Assembly (NCBI RefSeq): GCF_001194135.2
Contig: NC_068997.1
Location: 29,521,505-29,563,748 of the forward strand
Origin: Octopus bimaculoides
Lineage: Eukaryota
Reading direction: 5' to 3'
DNA length: 42,244 bases
The position numbers and the translations under genes were made by a program. This document shows positions 36,216 to 42,244 of this stretch, in pieces. The notes beneath the pieces were generated by a model, which was not told the origin of the DNA, searched no databases, and saw only the letters and a list, made by a program, of their open reading frames with translations. Every line of letters begins with the position of its first letter. Positions within the stretch are counted from its first letter, which is position 1.

Positions 36216-36219
<4 letters not shown>
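35425..36219 (+). mobile_element. 5'-truncated Tc1/mariner transposon, DD37D (maT) family, frameshifted
   Basis: Motifs FSSDEK, QDSAPCH and WSPNSPDCNPLDYYVWG. There are 37 residues between the 2nd and 3rd D after removing one inserted G. Right TIR cagtttattcactgcaccatg abuts a (TG)n tract. Confidence 0.88.
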
Positions 36220-36251
<32 letters not shown>

Positions 36252-37153
36252 CACACACTCCTTTGTTCCTATATATATATGTATGATGGGCTTCCATACA
36301 GTTTCCATCAATCAAATTCACTGACAAAGCATTGACTGGTCTGGGAACTAAAGAGAAGATATATTCCCAAGGTGCTGTGTAGTGGGAGTGAACCAAAAAC
36401 CTCATGGTCGCAAAGCAAGCTTCTAAACCACACAGCCATGCCTAAATTTTTATCAAAGACAATTGCAAAGAGTATCTCAGTGTATTTGATCTGATCTTCT
36501 GAATTCAAATCCTGCTTTGATTAACTTTGCTGTCATCCATCCAGGATAGGTAAAAGTCCCAGTCCAGAGAAGTGGAAAAATGAAATTGGTATGGCAGCAG
36601 ACAAGATGCCTTGTCAAAACTGTTTCAGGTGTCCACCTTATTGAAGTTTCATCTCTAGTTTGGTTATTGCAAAGTGCTGGCATCATGTAAACAAAAAACA
36701 AAGAAAAAAAAAGGAGTTTATGAAATCCTAAAGAATTCACAAAACTGAAGTATGTGACATGAATTCACAAGAACTCTATGCATCCCAATGGATGCCAAAT
36801 GATAAATGGTAACTTTCTGCTGACACATTTCTGGTAACAATGCAAAAATGGTTAACATAAAATAAAATTTAGCTACAAATATGAACTACAAATAAACCAA
36901 TTTATTAAAATGTGTGTAGAATATACAACACTTGGAATGTTGATATTGTTGAAGAGTTAGAAATGAGACATGCAAACCAACATTAAGTAAAATGCATATA
37001 AAGGAAAACCTCATGCAACTATTTGAGACAAAGCAATCAAAGATCACTGTGAAAATATGATTAGACCATTATTGAACAAATAAGGAATCAATAAAAGTTA
37101 TCTCTTTGAAACTCAGAATAAAATATAGTTACACACACACACACGCGCACGCA

Positions 37154-37439
37154 CAGTGGCAGACTGGGTCTAAAAATATTGGTTGCCAGGAGACTAAAGA
37201 GGACCACCCACAACTACAATGCTATTATTTAATTTTTTTTTTTTGCTAAAAATATTTTTTTCAACTTTTTCAAACACAGCCAGTCTGAAATAATGCATTC
37301 CTCCAGGAATGAATAAAAAATTCTCAAACTTGAGGGGAGGGCCCCTTAGATATTAACATGGGCCTCCATATATGGATTTTAATGGTGCAGGGGCCCACTT
37401 GCCATCAGGCAAGCTGGCAACCTGGCCAGTCTGACACTG
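37154..37439. mobile_element. hAT-type MITE
   Basis: 14-bp TIR CAGTGGCAGACTGG / CCAGTCTGACACTG. Decayed possible 8-bp TSD (cgcacgca / tgcatgcg). Confidence 0.65.
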
Positions 37440-38294
37440 TGCATGCGTGCGCACGCACGCACATACATACATGCATGCGCGCATGGGAAAAAAAACAACA
37501 ACACTCAGATTTATGTTCAGATCTCAATGTTTAAAGCATTTCTTATATTATTCACAGAATGATATTTCCTTAAAAAAAAGTACGTAAACTGTAACACTTT
37601 ACCCTGAAGGTATGATAACTCAGAAATCCGTTGACAAGCGAATAAATGATAAATTCCTTCCTTCCCAGAATAACTGGCGCCAACAACACACCAGTCTATT
37701 GTTTTGTTGTGAAATGTTCCAATTATTCAACACATTCACCACTTTAACACATCTGACCAGCTTAAAAATCTTTAAAATATGTACAAGTTAAACACATTTG
37801 TTACACCTGATTTTAGACTTTGCATGATATGCTTTTAAAGGCTTTCAAATGCAGGAAGTAGGTATGTTGTGAAGGAGTCTTAATTACATCTCCTCTGCGT
37901 TGCTAAAGTAACAGAAATATTTACACTTTGGATTTCCATTATCAGACATTTACAAGTGATATTGAAGGAATTATTTATGCTAGAACACCATTTTGTTACT
38001 AACTACAAAACGAGGTCAAGTGTCAGCTTTATAATAATGAACGAAATATCTGCCCCAAGTGAAATGCTTCCAGTGACTGAAAGAGAATAAATAATTAACA
38101 TTTAGATGTTTACTAGCATTCTCCTCCCCCTTGCCTACACCTAAAATGGTAATCATACAACTAATAGTGCAATTTTCCAACAATGTCTGGTTGTAAGTTT
38201 CACCATTTTAAAACGAGATTCTTTTAAAAATGTTTCTAAAATTAATTAGATGAAGCTTCTGATGAATATGAATAAATCAAAAATCTTGACATAC

Positions 38295-38456
38295 CATAAT
38301 CTTATTAAGTCTGTATCTCTTAAAGACGATATCTTTCATGAGAATCTCATAAGGGGTCAGCTCATACTCCCCTTCAAAAGACTGGGGACAGTGGTCAACT
38401 TTCTTTAGCTTCACGCCATGTCGCAACTGTTTCATGATCTGTATCCAAAGTCGAGC
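38295..38456 (-). CDS. spir: Spire exon, WH2-A and WH2-B (ARLWIQIMKQLRHGVKLKKVDHCPQSFEGEYELTPYEILMKDIVFKRYRLNKIM)
   Basis: Acceptor ttttaattttAG, donor GTatgt, 162 nt, phase 0-0. Spire signatures GVKLKKV and LTPYE.LM.DI are present. Confidence 0.96.
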
Positions 38457-39265
38457 CTAAAATTAAAATGAAAGGAAATTGAAGAAATATTTGCTATTTT
38501 TTACTTTTATTAAAATTTTATTTAAAAACAAAAGGAGAAAAACTATAAGATTACAAAATATTGCTGCATTGCTTGGAGAACATTCTGTTATGTGCTTGTT
38601 AGATATTACAAGTTTTATAAGGTGTACTTTATGAAGGTCAGGTGGGGAGGGGGGGGGGCATGTTGCTGGTGTATTCCCCATTTGTTGGTGTATTCCCAGG
38701 TCCTCCAGAGTGTGTTAGAGTGAGTGATAGTGTGTGTGCATATGTGCGTGCATATGTGCATGTCTGTGCGAGTGTGCATATGTATGGGTGTGCATGCATA
38801 TCTGCATCCATGCAAAGAAATCTCAAAGAAAGGATTCCTCATTTGAAAGGAAACAAACTGGTAAAGGAACCTGGCCATAAAATGGTGCCTTGATAATAGA
38901 AACTTCTAACCCACACTAGCATGGAAAAATGGTTGTAAAACAAACAGCCGATATACATGTGTGAAAGAAAGAGATTGAGGCCAAGTAGTTAGAGTATTGG
39001 GTACATGACCAGTAGGTCACAAGTTCGATTCCTAGACCAAGCAACATGGAAGTCACTATATTTCAAATTGTTCCAATTTACTCAGTTGATAATGACTACC
39101 ACTCCAGTACTGATGCTGCTCCCTCTCCTTCTGGCTGTCATGTCTTTGAAGTTCTGCTTGATCAAGGATAAGAGGGCCGAGAGGGTGGCTATGCCTGCTT
39201 CGGACTACAGAAGCACCACCGCAAACACTTACTGAAAGCATGATCCATGCTACCAAGTTATACTG

Positions 39266-39317
<52 letters not shown>

Positions 39318-39318
39318 C

Positions 39319-39465
39319 CAGGGGCAGACTGAGTATTAAGGGCCCTTGGACATAACTGTTTACCGGGCCCCTTTGACCGGGTATGAGTTGGCATAGAGTG
39401 CAGGCCTCTCAGAGCTCCAGGCCCTCAGGCAGTGCCTGATTGACTGATGGCTCAGTCCGCCTCGG
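39319..39465. mobile_element. hAT-type MITE with perfect 8-bp TSD
   Basis: TIR CAGGGGCAGACTGAG / CTCAGTCCGCCTCGG. TSD gtgtaatc at 39311-39318 and 39466-39473. Confidence 0.78.
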
Positions 39466-40430
39466 GTGTAATCTGTTGGTGCATAGCTGTGTGGTAAGAA
39501 GCTTGCTTCCCAACCACATGGTTCTGGGTTCAGTCCCACTATGTAGTACCTTGGACCAACCAATGCCTTGTGAATGGATTTGGTAGATTGAAACTGAAAG
39601 AACCCCAAAGTATATAAATGTGTGTGTGTCCCACCACCACTTGAGAACCAGTGTTGGTATGTTTACATCCCCATAACAGTTCAGCAAAAGAGAATAAGTA
39701 ACTAGCTTTAAAAAAATTTTTTCAATAAGTACTGAGGGTCAATTTATTTGACTAAAATTTCTTCAAAGTGGAGCCCCAGCATGGCCTCAGTCTCATGACC
39801 GAAACAAGAAAAAGATTATAAGCAAAACTTAAAATGGAATACATTGGGCGTGTTTGTATTGGTGGATATTTGCTCTACTTTGACCCTTCAGCACATTGCT
39901 TTAATTCCTATAATTAATTTCCTGGTTACATGCATGACTGATTTCAGCCAGCTCCAACCCACTTATCAGAAACCAAACCCATGGAATCCTTTTTTGTAAA
40001 AATATTTCTATAGAATTTTCTTTCTGGCATTCCACCACACCTCCTTATCCAGAACCCTACCCACACCACATTTTCTTCTTCCTCTTTTCATCCCCTCACA
40101 CATTCCAGCTTCATCTAAGAATAACTTTTTTTTTCTGTTTCCATTCACTCAAATACTTTATCTCCGATTCTCAGTTCAAATTTTCCTTCTTTCAAAAACT
40201 ACTTCATAAACTGCACCTACCTTGCACTAATTATACTGATACCAACAAGAGACCCAAGCATATAACAGTTATCTAACACTACAGAACTCAATCTAATAAA
40301 GTCAATTAGTGCCAAATTTCCTTGTAAAATTATTGTATACTTAAATATATTTAGTGTTCTTTCAGTTAATATTTTCATTGTTTTAATGATTATAAATTAA
40401 ACTCACACATATATATGTATATACAGATAT

Positions 40431-40695
40431 CATCATCATCACCATTTAACGTCCGTTTTCCATGCTGGCATGGGTTGGACGGTTTGACTGGGGACTGACA
40501 AGCCAGGAGACTGCACCAGGCTCCAATCTGATCTGGCAATGTTTCTACAGCTGGATGCTCTTCCTAACGCCAACCACTCCAAGAGTGTAGTGAGTGCTTT
40601 TTAAGTGCTACCAGTACAGGAGCCAGTCAGGGTGGGGGGACTGGTATCAACCACATTCAGATGGTGCTTTTTACATGCCACCAGCATGAGAGCCA
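40431..40695 (-). mobile_element. RTE-type 3' tail fragment
   Basis: Reverse complement of the shared tail, beginning with (CAT)n on the plus strand. Confidence 0.7.
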
Positions 40696-40766
40696 GTTAG
40701 TATTTTTTGAATGCTAAAGAGTTCAACAAAACTAAACCTAAGAGTTGAATGAAATATAGGTCTCAC

Positions 40767-40823
40767 CCAATCTGATCTTTCAAGGGCCTCCAATTCAACT
40801 TGCTGTCTCTGCTTCTGTAGAAT
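40767..40823 (-). CDS. spir: Spire homologue exon preceding WH2-A (ILQKQRQQVELEALERSDW)
   Basis: Acceptor ttctcatttcAG, donor GTgaga, 57 nt, phase 0-0. Ends in ...DW and joins ARLW of the next exon, matching the Spire 'xDWARxWxQ' motif. Confidence 0.9.
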
Positions 40824-42244
40824 CTGAAATGAGAACATAAACAGAATGTGTGTGTGTGTGTGTATATATATATCATTTTTCACATTCCTTTCCATAATGG
40901 CAAGCAACATTGGACAAGAAGATAATGAATGTAAGCCATTAACTAAAATCAATTCAGTACAATTTTCAAATCAACAAACCAATAGAAATGCTAAAAATTT
41001 GGTTGCAACTCATTTAAAGAATATGATGCATATTCTTCAGAGAATGAAAAGCAAAACCATATTTCTCAATGGAACCTAACAGAGCTACCAGCAGTATGTT
41101 ACTAACCTAATTTGCCAAACCAAAAACAGACTGGAATCAGTAAATCTAACAATTAATAATGACATTTTCCCTTATTATTGGTACACTTAGCCATCTTCAA
41201 CATTGATTCCATTCTACACACACACTATAATGGAATAGCTTATGTCATTTACTTAGTATGTACCCCAACTTTCATAAAACTGGTAGACAGACAGGCAGGC
41301 AAGCAGGCAGACAGACATCTGCAAATCTACCCTTATAATACCAACTTTTCACTGTGAGATGAGAGTTACATCCAAATGAAAGCAGACCAAACCAAATTAA
41401 GTAAATTATGACGTTTAACAGTGTAACATGATGCCAGCAGTTTGACAATGCCTACAATTAAATTGGTCATGCATTTATTTACATTTGTTAAAATCTCTTG
41501 CATTTGTTCACAGTTTACAATTGTTAGATATGTACTTGTCATAATGCAATAGGCATGAACACAGCTGTGTGGATAAGAAGCTTGCTTCCCAACCATGTAG
41601 TCTTGGGTTCAGTCCCACTGCATGGCACCTTAGGAAAGTGTCTTCTACTCTAGCCCAAGGTTAAGAGATCAAATAAGCTTTGTGAGTGAATGTGGTAGAC
41701 GGAAACTGAAAGAAGCCTATTGTATATACCATGTTTTCCACAATACAAGTTTTCAGACCAAAATATATATAAATACATGTGTGTGTGTGTGTATTCCCTT
41801 ATCTTGACATTATGTAATGGTTGTAAACAAGTATCCCTGTTATACAAGTAATGCCATTCGTTTCCCAGTCTTCCATGGAAAGCATTTCTGGTCATGGAAA
41901 AATATTATTTTGCTGGGAAACAGGTAAAGGTTGGTGACAGGAAGTGCATCCAGTCAGAAAATTTGCATCAATGAATTCCATCTGACCCATGCAAGCATAG
42001 AAAAATGGACATTAAACAGCAATGAATGCAAAGCCTTGAAGCATGAAATACTTTCCATGTTAATGCAATTTTCATTCCTATATGCATATCTTTCATGGTC
42101 AGTTAAAGAAACTGTGCCAATAAGGTGAAATGCTTTCACGAGATCTGAAGAATTTTTTATAAAGCTTTGAAACTGAAATATAAACTATAAATCCGTGCTT
42201 CTCAACCATTTTGTGCCTATGGACTCCTTTGATTCCACTATAAG

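Overview
AT-rich, repeat-dense eukaryotic DNA with six assembly gaps. The repeat families and gene structure suggest a cephalopod, probably Octopus (inference). The only recognisable host gene is a spire (Spir actin nucleator) homologue on the minus strand. Eight frame-consistent GT-AG exons were traced by hand: 40823-40767, 38456-38295, 34706-34620, 10540-10423, 7404-7351, 6472-6363, 5564-5501 and 2576-2233. They encode the four WH2 repeats, a Spir-box-like segment and a Ser-rich linker. The KIND exons and the FYVE-type C-terminal exons were not found and presumably lie outside the window. The introns, one of 24 kb, contain tRNA-derived SINEs, RTE LINE fragments, a fossil hAT transposase, a DD37D (maT) transposon, several MITE families and a mini-Helitron. 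The most striking element occurs twice (5.9 kb and 14.4 kb). It is a short tRNA-headed retroposon whose tail carries a Penelope-type minimal hammerhead ribozyme motif and whose ends are inverted copies of its own 3' tail. There are also several signs of regulated or alternative spire splicing. All coordinates and alignments were done by eye; no database search or folding program was run.
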